A stretch of DNA of 64,000 nt from Thermodesulfobacteriota bacterium (GTDB taxonomy: Bacteria; Desulfobacterota_D; UBA1144; Nemesobacterales; Nemesobacteraceae): NCBI GenBank assembly GCA_965202785.1, contig OZ241855.1:1408001-1472000 (forward strand). Direction: 5' to 3'. The stretch's first letter is position 1, and each line of letters begins with the position of its first letter. Below are positions 22,353-32,407 of the stretch, one piece after another. The notes below the pieces were generated by a model. It worked only from the letters and a program-made list of their open reading frames with translations, was not told the DNA's origin and ran no database searches. Both the position numbers and the translations under genes were made by a program.

Positions 22353-22997
22353 ATGTCAAAAAAAGATAATTTCCATTCACGCCAGTACCTGAAATTGAAA
22401 CTTGAAAGAAAAGATCTTGACGAAGACCCGTTTGTTCAGTTTGACCTCTGGTATGGCGAGGTTCTCAAAGCGGAAATCGATTTTCCAAATGCTTTTATTC
22501 TTTCTACGGTAGGAGCGGACCGCGTTCCGTCCTCAAGAGTGGTGCTTCTCAAGGGTTATGACGAAAGGGGCTTTTCCTTCTATTCGAATTCCTTTAGCCG
22601 CAAGGGCCGGGATATAGCTGAGAATCCGGTTGCTTCGCTTTGCTTCTGGTGGCCTGAATTTGAAAGGCAGGTGAAAATAGACGGTGAAGTCTCACTTCTG
22701 CCGGAACGGGAAGCCGATGAATACTTTAAGTCTAGACCTCGCCAAAGCCGCATAGGAGCATGTGTTTCGAGGCAGAGCGAAGTTCTTGCAAGCAGGCAGC
22801 TGCTTGAGAAGGAATACGAACAGTTCCGGTCTGAATGGAAGGGAAAGGGTATAGCGCGCCCTGAATTCTGGAAAGGATACGTAGTGGAACCTCTTCGCTT
22901 TGAGTTCTGGCAGGGAAGAAAAAACAGGCTTCACGACCGGTTCAGATACATTCCTTCCCCAGATGGCGGCTGGAGTATAGACAGACTTTACCCGTAA
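22353..22997 (+). CDS. pdxH: Pyridoxamine 5'-phosphate oxidase
   Basis: PSSRVVLLK, SRKG, YFKSRP, EFWQGRKNRLHDR. Confidence 0.96.
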   Translation: MSKKDNFHSRQYLKLKLERKDLDEDPFVQFDLWYGEVLKAEIDFPNAFILSTVGADRVPSSRVVLLKGYDERGFSFYSNSFSRKGRDIAENPVASLCFWWPEFERQVKIDGEVSLLPEREADEYFKSRPRQSRIGACVSRQSEVLASRQLLEKEYEQFRSEWKGKGIARPEFWKGYVVEPLRFEFWQGRKNRLHDRFRYIPSPDGGWSIDRLYP

Positions 22998-23026
22998 CCG
23001 TTGGGCCAAGGCCCCGAAGAGTCTGA

Positions 23027-23704
23027 TTATCTGGTTGCCTGATAAAGCGCTACCACTCCCATGGTGAGTTCTGAGTACTCACAGTCGCGAAACCCTGCGT
23101 TTTCAATATCTCGCATAAAATTTTCTCTCTGAGGAAACGCGGCGGCGGATTCAGCCAAATACTTGTACTCTTTGCCCCTGCCGTAAATGCTTCCGACAAA
23201 GGGCATCAAGACTTTGAAATAAACCATGTAAATGGGTTTGAAAACGGGATTTCTCGGGATCGCGAATTCAAGTATGAAAAGTTTCCCGTTTTCCCTTAAG
23301 ACCCTTCTTATTTCCCTCAGGGAAAGTTCGTAATCGACGGTGTTTCTTATGCCGAAGGCTATGGTGACGGAGTCGAACTGTTCTTCCGCAAAGGGAAGAT
23401 TTTCCGCAGCAGCTGACACAAGCGCTATTTTTTCCCTGAAATCAAGGTCTTCGATCTTTTTTTTCGCTATCCGCAGCATGTTCATGCTGGGATCGATACC
23501 AACAGTTCTGGTTGAGGGGTATTTTTTCGCAACCTCGATCGCGACTTCCGCCGTACCGGTTGCTATGTCCAGATTGTACTCGGCACCGCGCAACTCATCC
23601 GCCAGCTTTTTTCTCCAAAGTTTGTGAATTCCGAGGCTGAACAGAGTATTTAGCCAGTCGTAGTGACTTGCCACTTCGTCAAAAATCTTTTTCGTTTCAG
23701 GCAT
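23027..23704 (-). CDS. ubiE: UbiE/MenG demethylmenaquinone methyltransferase
   Basis: YDWLNTLFSLGIHKLWR, LDIATGT, IAFGIRN, YKYLAES. Confidence 0.92.
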   Translation of the reverse strand: MPETKKIFDEVASHYDWLNTLFSLGIHKLWRKKLADELRGAEYNLDIATGTAEVAIEVAKKYPSTRTVGIDPSMNMLRIAKKKIEDLDFREKIALVSAAAENLPFAEEQFDSVTIAFGIRNTVDYELSLREIRRVLRENGKLFILEFAIPRNPVFKPIYMVYFKVLMPFVGSIYGRGKEYKYLAESAAAFPQRENFMRDIENAGFRDCEYSELTMGVVALYQATR

Positions 23705-24582
23705 CAGACGGATTCCAGGATCTTTTCTATGTGAGAGGTTCTGTTAAGAACGTAGAAATGAATTCCCGGTACTCCTTTATCGATAAGTTCCCTTACCTGG
23801 TCTCTGCACTGGGCGATTCCCACTTCCACCGCCTTGCGGTTGTCGTCTCCTGCATCATCCAATTTCTTTTTCAGTGATGCGGGTATTTCCGTTCCGCAAA
23901 GCGAGGATATTCTTATTACCTGTTTTGATGAGAGTACGGGCATAAGGCCTGGGATAATGGGGAGGTCTATTCCGACTGCTCTTACCCTGTCAACGTAATC
24001 AAAATAGTAGCGGTTATCGAAAAAAAGCTGGGTGATTATGATGTCGGCCCCAGCGTCCACTTTCTTTTTCAGGTTCGCTATGTCTTCATCAAAGCTCGGG
24101 GATTCGATATGTTTTTCCGGGTAACCAGCGATTGCTATGGAAAACTGCTGCGGTTTTTCTTTTTCGTATTTTCTTATGTGTTCCACGAGTTGGTTTGCGT
24201 GCTGGAAAGCTCCCTCGGACAGAAGCTTCTCGCCATTTTCCTTCGGAATATCTCCCCTGAGGGCCACTATGTTGCGTATTTTCTCCTGTTCAATCTGTTC
24301 GAGCATCAGATCTATTTCCTTTTCGGAATATCCTATGCAGGTCAGATGGCAGGCGCTTTCCGTCCCGATAACATTTTTTATGTAGGAGGCAACTTCAGCT
24401 GTTCTTTTGCGCCCCTTTCCCATGGCACCGTGTGTTACCGTTATTATGGCGGGTGAAAGTTCAGCGAGTTTCGCAAGGGTGTCTTTGAGTTTTTCAAATT
24501 CAGGATCGTCTTTCGGAGGAAAGACCTCAAAGGATATAAGAGGAGTATCTTTTTTTTTGTTTTTGTATTCAGAAAAATTCAC
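23704..24582 (-). CDS. metF: 5,10-methylenetetrahydrofolate reductase
   Basis: SFEVFPPK, HLTC, ALRGD, AGYPEKH, ITQLFFD, GIHFYVLN; GTG start after GAGGA. Confidence 0.96.
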   Translation of the reverse strand: MNFSEYKNKKKDTPLISFEVFPPKDDPEFEKLKDTLAKLAELSPAIITVTHGAMGKGRKRTAEVASYIKNVIGTESACHLTCIGYSEKEIDLMLEQIEQEKIRNIVALRGDIPKENGEKLLSEGAFQHANQLVEHIRKYEKEKPQQFSIAIAGYPEKHIESPSFDEDIANLKKKVDAGADIIITQLFFDNRYYFDYVDRVRAVGIDLPIIPGLMPVLSSKQVIRISSLCGTEIPASLKKKLDDAGDDNRKAVEVGIAQCRDQVRELIDKGVPGIHFYVLNRTSHIEKILESV

Positions 24583-24593
24583 GGTTTTTCCTC

Positions 24594-24745
24594 GAGAGCC
24601 AGAGTTTGTAAGGTGGTCTTTGTTTCAATTTCCAACGGGGTTCCGAAGTCCAAAAGTGCCGTAATCAAAATAGCCGGATCAAACCCACGGAGATAATCTA
24701 CCTTGTGGAATTCCGTGTCCTCTTACATGTAAATATGGCTCGCTC
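24594..24745 (-). ncRNA. Putative structured RNA, a long irregular hairpin (6S-like or metF leader)
   Basis: Nested complementary arms GAGCCA/TGGCTC, TGTAAG/CTTACA, TTCCA/TGGAA, TCCG/CGGA, starting right after a sigma70 promoter. Confidence 0.55.
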
Positions 24746-24774
24746 AATATACCTTGCGTTATATTACACATCAA
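24746..24774 (-). promoter_or_regulatory. sigma70 promoter for the hairpin RNA / metF-ubiE
   Basis: Minus strand: TTGATG, 17 nt, TATATT. Confidence 0.65.
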
Positions 24775-24802
24775 GCTGATACTGTAGCGGGAAAAGTTTA
24801 GG

Positions 24803-25270
24803 CTATTCCTTTCGATTTCCAAACAATTTTCTAAGACATGAGCTTCTGTAATTGAATATGGAGTCCAGTTTCCTGCTTACCAGAAGCGAATTTGCCAATC
24901 TTCCGATCGGGTCAAACGGCAGGGAGTAGTGAACGAGGTCCCGGACCTGCGTTTGCTCCCCGACCTGTGCAAAGAAATGCTTGTGGTGCCAGAACTTGTA
25001 GGGTCCGAATCGCTGCTCGTCAACGAAATAGTGCGGCGGATCAACCTGAGTTATTTCCGTTGCCCAGGTGCTTGTGAAAAAGGGGATAGGCTTTACGGTG
25101 TAAGTGATTATCATGCCGGGATATATTTTTTCTTCTGCCTCAGATGTTATCCGCAGGTTGAGTTCCGAGGGAGTTATCCTGGGAAGATTGTTCGGATTGG
25201 AGAAAAAATCCCAGGCCGTTTCAAGAGAAACCTGCAAAAGCTCCGTTCTCTCAAGCGTGTATATCTTCAT
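24803..25270 (-). CDS. SRPBCC (START-like) family protein
   Basis: AWDFFSNPNNLPRITP, FVDEQRFGPYKFWHHKH, IFNYR. Confidence 0.88.
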   Translation of the reverse strand: MKIYTLERTELLQVSLETAWDFFSNPNNLPRITPSELNLRITSEAEEKIYPGMIITYTVKPIPFFTSTWATEITQVDPPHYFVDEQRFGPYKFWHHKHFFAQVGEQTQVRDLVHYSLPFDPIGRLANSLLVSRKLDSIFNYRSSCLRKLFGNRKE

Positions 25271-26433
25271 TTTTCTTCAGTCTGTTCCAAGGGCGGCCTG
25301 GGAAGCCCTACAAAGCTCCACAGTATTAAGAACAAAAGTCCGAGTATCAGGGGCAAGGACGGGTGTGTCTCATAAAGTATACCGGCGGACATTCCCCCCA
25401 CGCAGGCCCCCATAAAATTCGCCAGATTGAAAAAACCGGAGAGAAAACCCCTGTTCTCCGAGGAGACTCTCTGCGTAACAAACGCGGGGAGTATGGACTG
25501 AAATATGGTGTGCCCGAAAAAGAACACTCCTCCCGCGATGTAGAGGGTGGTGCTGTCGGATTCCCGAAGCAGATAGATTAAAAAGGCGGCCACTAAAAAG
25601 AAAAGCCCGAACTGAGCTGCCTGCCTGAGCGTTTTTCTCGTCTCGGAAATCCTGATGTAGAGGTTAACCAGAAGTGCGCTTGGGGCGAGTATTACCAAGT
25701 AGACGAACCACAGGTCTTGGGGGCCGGTACCGATATTTTTCCAGTCCAGGGGATAGATGAACAGAATAAGGTTAAGGGTGAGGGAGGTTATGAAGGTTGA
25801 AGAAAGAATTTTTCCAATTTCCGGTTCCCTGAGTTTGAGAAGAATTTCTTTTCTGTCCCTTGTTTTTTTCTTTGGAAGTTCTGGGAAGATGAAAAAAGCA
25901 ACCAGCATCGCCGCTAAACCTAGGGCCGCGAGTATGAAGAAAAGGCTCTCGAAACCGAATTTTGTCGCGAGTACCGGGCCGATTACAAGTGAAGTTATAA
26001 ATGCAATCCCGACTATTATCCCGGTCAGCATAAAAGACTGTGCCCTTACTTCGTTTCTTGTGGAATCTCCGAGGGTGGCCAGGGCGACCGCACCTATCGC
26101 GCCGCTTCCCTGAAGCGCCCTGGTTATTATGAGTTCCCAGATGTTGTCCGCGAAACCGCAGAGAACGCTTCCAATGCAAAAGATCAGAAGGCCCAACACT
26201 ATTACCGGTTTTCTTCCGAATCTGTCACTTGCCATGCCGAAAGGTATCTGCAGCAGACTCTGGGTAAGTGCGTATATTCCAAATGCAACTCCGGCGGATG
26301 AGAGAGTTGCTCCCTCGTAGTTTACGGCGTATATGCTGAAAACGGGAATTATCAGGAATATTCCTAGAAGCCTGAGTGCAATTATTGTTCCTATTACTAG
26401 AACGGAGCGAAGTTCATGTCTGTTCAGTTTCAT
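25267..26433 (-). CDS. MFS transporter (YajR-like)
   Basis: About 12 hydrophobic segments; MFS motif A GMASDRFGRKPVI; RALQGSGAI. Confidence 0.88.
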   Translation of the reverse strand: MKLNRHELRSVLVIGTIIALRLLGIFLIIPVFSIYAVNYEGATLSSAGVAFGIYALTQSLLQIPFGMASDRFGRKPVIVLGLLIFCIGSVLCGFADNIWELIITRALQGSGAIGAVALATLGDSTRNEVRAQSFMLTGIIVGIAFITSLVIGPVLATKFGFESLFFILAALGLAAMLVAFFIFPELPKKKTRDRKEILLKLREPEIGKILSSTFITSLTLNLILFIYPLDWKNIGTGPQDLWFVYLVILAPSALLVNLYIRISETRKTLRQAAQFGLFFLVAAFLIYLLRESDSTTLYIAGGVFFFGHTIFQSILPAFVTQRVSSENRGFLSGFFNLANFMGACVGGMSAGILYETHPSLPLILGLLFLILWSFVGLPRPPLEQTEEK

Positions 26434-26627
26434 GGCGTTTTCCCGGGATTTTCCGTTCCGGTTTTGCTTTTAACAAGGAAATTAAAAAACCGGTCCAATG
26501 AAAGATAGGGTATTTATCGCGTTTAACAATGGCAGAACCCTTTAAGATAATGAAAAAAACCGGAACTTAAAAGAAGTTTGTTAGAGAAAGACATTTGCGA
26601 TGTAGGCCTGAAACTTGATTCAGAGGC

Positions 26628-26636
26628 TGGTATAAT
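26628..26636 (+). promoter_or_regulatory. Extended -10 promoter upstream of alr
   Basis: TG-G-TATAAT. Confidence 0.55.
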
Positions 26637-26727
26637 TTCCATTCTAGCTGACCCGGGGAATACGGAACCGGCGAACAGGTAGTTCGAATGAACTTCCTCC
26701 CTCAGCTTTTGGAGAAATTTCCAGGCG

Positions 26728-27816
26728 ATGAGACCTACTTGGGCTGAAATCAGTCTCGATTCTTTTAAGTCAAATCTTGGCGAAGTAAGAAGAATTGTAG
26801 GGGAGAATGTCCGTATTATGGCAATTGTCAAAGCCGACGCTTACGGGCACGGTGCGGTAAGGTTAAGTGAAGTTGCCCTTAGTAATGGAGCGGATATTTT
26901 AGGGGTAGCCACCGTACCGGAGGCGATGGAACTCAGGGAAGCTGGAATAAAAAACGGAATATTTCTTCTTGGAGGGATTGATCCCCGGGAAGCCGGTGTA
27001 GTAGTGGAGAACACGCTTACTCCGGCGTGTTATTCTTTCGATGTGCTTCAAGCTCTCTCTCTAGCTGCCGTTGAGTGTGGAAAAACAGTCGGTTATCACC
27101 TGAAAGTCGATACGGGAATGACCAGGCTCGGGGTGGGAGTAGGCGACATAGAATCTTTTTTCGCTTCGGCCGCCAACCTTCCCGGAGTAACGCTTGAGGG
27201 TGTTTTCACGCATCTTGCTTCCTCTGAGATTCACCAAAGCGATTATACGGATTATCAGCTCGGGATTTTCCGCGAGGGCCTTTTTTTTCTTGACGAGCTA
27301 GGAATTAAATACCGCTACGTCCATTCCGCAAACAGCGCCTCCATTCAGAGATTTCCGGATTCTCACATGGATATCGTAAGACCCGGGATAATGCTTTACG
27401 GTTCAGGCGACATGGGGGAGGTTGGCCTAAGGCCCGTTATGGAACTCAAAACGAGGATAGTGCAGCTCAGAGAAGTTCCCCAGGACACTTCGGTCGGCTA
27501 CGGAGGAACTTTCGCTACCAGGAGAGAAACACTGATTGCAACCCTTCCGGTTGGATATGCCGATGGCTACCCAAGAGCTCTTTCAAACAGGGCGAAAGTC
27601 TCTCTCGGCGGGAGACTCGCTCCGCTTATAGGGTCCGTCTGCATGGATTTCATCATGGTCGATGTAACGGACATTCCGGGTGTCTGTGTTGGAGATGAAG
27701 CAGTGCTTTTCGGAGACGGACTCGTGAGCGTCGAGGATGTCTCCTCCTGGGCCCAGACCATACCCTACGAAGTCTTGTCACGGATTTCGCCGAGGGTCCC
27801 GAGGTGTTACGTATGA
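26728..27816 (+). CDS. alr: Alanine racemase
   Basis: MAIVKADAYGHG (PLP lysine), KVDTGMTRLG, PVGYADGY, CMD. Confidence 0.98.
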   Translation: MRPTWAEISLDSFKSNLGEVRRIVGENVRIMAIVKADAYGHGAVRLSEVALSNGADILGVATVPEAMELREAGIKNGIFLLGGIDPREAGVVVENTLTPACYSFDVLQALSLAAVECGKTVGYHLKVDTGMTRLGVGVGDIESFFASAANLPGVTLEGVFTHLASSEIHQSDYTDYQLGIFREGLFFLDELGIKYRYVHSANSASIQRFPDSHMDIVRPGIMLYGSGDMGEVGLRPVMELKTRIVQLREVPQDTSVGYGGTFATRRETLIATLPVGYADGYPRALSNRAKVSLGGRLAPLIGSVCMDFIMVDVTDIPGVCVGDEAVLFGDGLVSVEDVSSWAQTIPYEVLSRISPRVPRCYV

Positions 27817-27847
27817 TTTTTATTAGTTAGTCTGAGGAAAATCTGCA

Positions 27848-28297
27848 ATGAGAATTGTTATACAGAGGGTAATCAAAGCGTCAGTTAGCGTTGACGGAAA
27901 TGTGGTCGGCAGTATCGGCCCGGGAATGGTAGTTCTTATTGGAGTTGAGAAAGATGACTCGAAAAAAGAAATTGCTTATGTCGCGGAGAAGGTAGCTGGC
28001 CTAAGGATATTTGAGGACTCCTCAGGCAAAATGAACCTGAGTATCAAGGATACGGGAGGAGAGATCTTGGCTGTCTCCCAGTTTACCCTCTACGGTGATT
28101 GCAGAAAGGGCAGAAGACCTTCTTACACACGGGCCGCCGGTGGAGATTTTGCGAGGCGGTGCTACGAACTTTTCATTGCTGAGGTCGCGGAACGTGGAAT
28201 TCCGGTTAGAACCGGTGTTTTCGGGGCAGCAATGGATGTTCATATAGTGAACAGCGGTCCAGTCACGCTTCTTATTGACAGTTCCAGGGATTTCTGA
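27848..28297 (+). CDS. dtd: D-aminoacyl-tRNA deacylase
   Basis: MRIVIQRV, SQFTL, NSGPVT. Confidence 0.97.
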   Translation: MRIVIQRVIKASVSVDGNVVGSIGPGMVVLIGVEKDDSKKEIAYVAEKVAGLRIFEDSSGKMNLSIKDTGGEILAVSQFTLYGDCRKGRRPSYTRAAGGDFARRCYELFIAEVAERGIPVRTGVFGAAMDVHIVNSGPVTLLIDSSRDF

Positions 28298-28341
28298 GTT
28301 CATACTGGTTATTTTGTTGCGGCGGATTATTATTAGGGTAG

Positions 28342-28797
28342 ATGAAAACCGTATGCAATCACCCTACCGCTCACAGGGATTATGTGTTTGAGGAGAAGTA
28401 CGAAGCGGGTCTGATCCTCAAGGGTTCCGAGGTTAAATCCCTTAGAAACGGAAACGCCAGCGTCAAGGAAAGCTTTGCTCTGATAAGGGAGGGCGAAGCC
28501 AGGCTTGTTAACTGCTACATAGCCCCTTATGATGCCGCGAGCGGACTTAACCATGAGCCGACGAGGGAGAGAAAGCTTCTGCTGAACTCCCACGAGATAA
28601 GGAAGCTGATTGGAAAAACCAGCATTAGAGGTTACACTTTAATTCCTCTAAAAATTTATTTTAAAAACGGTATCGCAAAACTCGAACTGGCCCTTGCCAA
28701 AGGCAAGAAGACGAGAGATAAAAGAGAGGATATCAAGCGTCGCGAGGCCCAGAGGGATATGCAGAAAGCCGTTAGACGATCTTTGAAACGTTCATAA
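28342..28797 (+). CDS. smpB: SsrA-binding protein
   Basis: EAGLILKGSEVKSLR, RKLLL, LAKGKK..DKR. Confidence 0.98.
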   Translation: MKTVCNHPTAHRDYVFEEKYEAGLILKGSEVKSLRNGNASVKESFALIREGEARLVNCYIAPYDAASGLNHEPTRERKLLLNSHEIRKLIGKTSIRGYTLIPLKIYFKNGIAKLELALAKGKKTRDKREDIKRREAQRDMQKAVRRSLKRS

Positions 28798-28806
28798 CTT
28801 AGACAC

Positions 28807-29158
<352 letters not shown>

Positions 29159-29290
29159 CTTGTTTCTATAACTACATCAAAATAAAGAATTCTTGGGAAA
29201 TAAAGATTAACTTCCTTTATCTCTCACGCCCAAACAGGATATATGAGTCTAAACTCCGAGGATTTAGCAACTGCTTCTTCGTGATGCGTT

Positions 29291-29650
29291 TTAATCTGTT
29301 ATTGTGGCTATAGCGTCAGAGCGAGATTCGAACACTTCAATGACTTTGTCAAAACCTCCGATCTTGAAAATTTCTTTTACGGAATCAGACAAGGAACACA
29401 ATGCGAATCTCGTATTTCTACCTTGGAGTGTTTTTGCAACAATCAGAATTGAACGCAATCCCGCACTATTGATGTAGGACAGTTTCTCAAGATCCAGAAC
29501 TACAAGATCGCTAGGGGCGATAATTTCGTTGTACAGATTATCGTGGAATTGCCGCGCGTTCATACCATGAACTTGACCGGCTACACTTATCACCAAGACC
29601 CCTTTGATATGATCGGCCTGCAACCTAACTTGATTGTTTTGAATGACCAT
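29291..29650 (-). CDS. STAS-domain protein (anti-sigma-factor antagonist)
   Basis: VVLDLEKLSYINSAGLRSIL, VKEIFKIGGF. Confidence 0.88.
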   Translation of the reverse strand: MVIQNNQVRLQADHIKGVLVISVAGQVHGMNARQFHDNLYNEIIAPSDLVVLDLEKLSYINSAGLRSILIVAKTLQGRNTRFALCSLSDSVKEIFKIGGFDKVIEVFESRSDAIATITD

Positions 29651-29971
29651 TCTTCATTAACAGAATCTATCTGACTATAGCACTGCAATCAAGATGGGAG
29701 ATTCTATGTTTAATTGCCCGAAAGTTGATCATTGCTAATTATCACACGGAGTTACGTAGCAGTCTTCTGAGGCCCTAAAAGCAGCTGTTTTTTGAGGAAG
29801 ACTTCTGGAATCTATGGGGAGCGGGCCGCTGATCTGCCCCAATTTATGCGTCGAGTCACAGAATGTCCGGATGGCCTTTGATGTGATTCCCAGTTTTAGA
29901 AATTGCCGTCATGCTTATCTATAAGTATTATGTCTACCTTTTTGGGCGCAGTTTCTGTAAATTTGTGGATA

Positions 29972-30565
29972 ATGAAACGCAAAACTATAGTAATTGCCAC
30001 GAGAAACAAGGGGAAGCTCAGAGAATTCAGATCAATTCTTGCTGGCGGCTACGATGAGATCCTTTCTCTAGCGGACTTTGATGAGGTTCCCGAGATAAAG
30101 GAAACGGGCCTTTCTTTCAGAGAAAATGCCTTTATCAAGGCGAAAACAACCTCTGATTTTCTTGGGATGGATTCTATTGGGGATGATTCAGGCTTGGTTG
30201 TAAACGCTCTTGGGGGAGCTCCTGGGATTTATTCGGCAAGATATGCCGGGGAAGGGTCCTCGGATAATGAGAACAACGAAAAACTACTTTCTGAACTCAA
30301 AGGAGAGAAAAACAGGAATGCCAGATTTGTCTGCTGTATTGCTTTAGTGCTTGCGGATGGCTCACAGGAATTTTTTGAAGGCGAGTGCCACGGGCAGATT
30401 ATTCAGGAGAAAAAAGGCCGGAGTGGTTTTGGTTATGACCCGGTTTTCTATGTTCCTCAATACGGAAAGACCATGGCTGAACTCGGTCCCGACATAAAAA
30501 ACAGGATAAGTCACAGGGCTATTGCCTCAGAAAAGCTTCTGTCATATTTTTCGAATTTAAAATAG
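29972..30565 (+). CDS. rdgB: Non-canonical purine NTP pyrophosphatase RdgB/HAM1
   Basis: IATRNKGK, DDSGL, PGIYSARYAG, FGYDP, ISHR. Confidence 0.97.
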   Translation: MKRKTIVIATRNKGKLREFRSILAGGYDEILSLADFDEVPEIKETGLSFRENAFIKAKTTSDFLGMDSIGDDSGLVVNALGGAPGIYSARYAGEGSSDNENNEKLLSELKGEKNRNARFVCCIALVLADGSQEFFEGECHGQIIQEKKGRSGFGYDPVFYVPQYGKTMAELGPDIKNRISHRAIASEKLLSYFSNLK

Positions 30566-30776
30566 GTGTTTTGACAATCTGCTTTTGTTTTTTCGTATCT
30601 GTCTTTGCTTTCTGAAGGTCTAAGTGGTCTATGCAATATAAGAAATTTCCCGATTTTGTCTTGTCAGGTTATGTGAAATTTTTGTTTTTAATTGTAAGCT
30701 GCTTCCCAATTGAATATATTTAAATTCCGACCTTTGTTTATTGCGGCTGCTTTAATTTTATAAAGGGGTTTCCTGC

Positions 30777-32390
30777 GTGAAAAGCGCAAAGTTCATTTTT
30801 GTTACCGGCGGAGTTATGTCTTCTCTGGGGAAGGGTATCTCCGCTTCTTCAATAGGTTTCCTTCTTGAATGCTGTGGTCTTCGAGTCACTCTTCAGAAGC
30901 TCGATCCCTATATAAACGTTGATCCGGGCACGATGAATCCTTTCGAGCACGGGGAGGTGTTTGTCACCGATGACGGGGCGGAGACGGATCTCGATCTCGG
31001 TCATTATGAAAGGTTTACCAAAGCCCATCTCGGCAAGAAAAACAATCTCACAAGCGGCAAGGTCTATGATTCCGTTATTTCCAAGGAAAGGGAAGGTAAG
31101 TTCCTAGGCAAAACGGTCCAGGTAATCCCCCACATAACGGATGAAATAAAATCCCGCGTGCGAGCCCTTGAGGACGGCAATGATGTGATCATAGTCGAAA
31201 TCGGCGGCACCGTGGGAGACATAGAAAGCCTTCCTTTTCTAGAGGCGGTAAGGCAGCTGAGATCAGACCTCGGCAAGCAGAACACGCTTTTCATCCATCT
31301 CACGTACGTTCCCTATGTCGCCGCCGCGGGAGAACTGAAAACGAAGCCGACGCAGCACAGCGTGAAGGAGCTTCTCCAGATAGGGATTCAGCCCGACATA
31401 CTTCTGTGCCGAACTGAGGACAAGTTTCTTCCCGAAGACGTCAAGAGAAAGATAGCTCTTTTCTGCAACCTCGAGCAAAAAGCCGTGATTACGGCCAAGG
31501 ATGTTGAGCACATATATGAAGTTCCGCTTATGTACAAAAAAGAGGGACTGGCCGAGATAATCATTGAATATCTTGGCATGTGGACCAAGAAACCCGACAT
31601 GGGGGAGTGGGAAGAACTCGTTCGAAGAGTAAAGAATATGGAAAAAACCGTGCGCATAGCCGTTGTCGGAAAATATGTTTCACACGGAGACGCTTACAAG
31701 AGCCTCCATGAGGCTCTTTACCACGGTGGTTTAGCAAACAACTCAACCGTCGAGATAAAATACGTGGATTCAGAGGAAATGGACGGAACATGTCCCCAGA
31801 ACTACTTCTCCGATGTTCACGGCATACTCGTTCCCGGGGGATTCGGGGAGAGAGGGATTGACGGTAAAGTCGACGCCACGAAGTACGCGAGGGAGAACGG
31901 GATTCCCTTTTTCGGAATTTGCTACGGTATGCAGCTTGCCGTTATTGAGTTCTCAAGGAACGTGTGCGGCATAGATGACGCGGATACGACCGAGAACAAC
32001 GGCAATACGCAGAACCCGGTTATAGACATAATGGAATCCCAAAAGAACATAAGTGAAAAGGGCGGAACGATGAGACTCGGGGCCTATCCCTGCGTCATAA
32101 AGCCCGAGACCTTGGCTAGCAGCATCTACGAGACTCCTGAGATCTCCGAAAGACACCGCCACCGGTTTGAAGTGAACAACAGCTACAGGGAAGTTCTTGA
32201 GTCAAATGGAATGGTTCTTTGCGGTCTCTCACCGGATGGAAGTCTGGTTGAAATCATGGAACTTAAGGATCATCCCTGGTTTGTCGGTTGTCAGTTCCAT
32301 CCTGAATTCAAGTCAAAGCCCCTAAGCGCTCATCCCCTGTTCAGGGATTTCGTAAGAGGAGCGCTTTGGTACAAGGATTCTTCTAGCTGA
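30777..32390 (+). CDS. pyrG: CTP synthase
   Basis: [38 protein letters not shown]. Confidence 0.99.
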   Translation: MKSAKFIFVTGGVMSSLGKGISASSIGFLLECCGLRVTLQKLDPYINVDPGTMNPFEHGEVFVTDDGAETDLDLGHYERFTKAHLGKKNNLTSGKVYDSVISKEREGKFLGKTVQVIPHITDEIKSRVRALEDGNDVIIVEIGGTVGDIESLPFLEAVRQLRSDLGKQNTLFIHLTYVPYVAAAGELKTKPTQHSVKELLQIGIQPDILLCRTEDKFLPEDVKRKIALFCNLEQKAVITAKDVEHIYEVPLMYKKEGLAEIIIEYLGMWTKKPDMGEWEELVRRVKNMEKTVRIAVVGKYVSHGDAYKSLHEALYHGGLANNSTVEIKYVDSEEMDGTCPQNYFSDVHGILVPGGFGERGIDGKVDATKYARENGIPFFGICYGMQLAVIEFSRNVCGIDDADTTENNGNTQNPVIDIMESQKNISEKGGTMRLGAYPCVIKPETLASSIYETPEISERHRHRFEVNNSYREVLESNGMVLCGLSPDGSLVEIMELKDHPWFVGCQFHPEFKSKPLSAHPLFRDFVRGALWYKDSSS

Positions 32391-32407
32391 TCGAATTGCT
32401 CCATTCG

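Noticed and set aside
24583-24745. Canonical SAM-I, SAH, THF or cobalamin riboswitch upstream of metF
   Set aside because: Their consensus elements (e.g. AUCAAGAG..GCAACC..GUGC for SAM-I) were not found; kept only as an unclassified RNA.
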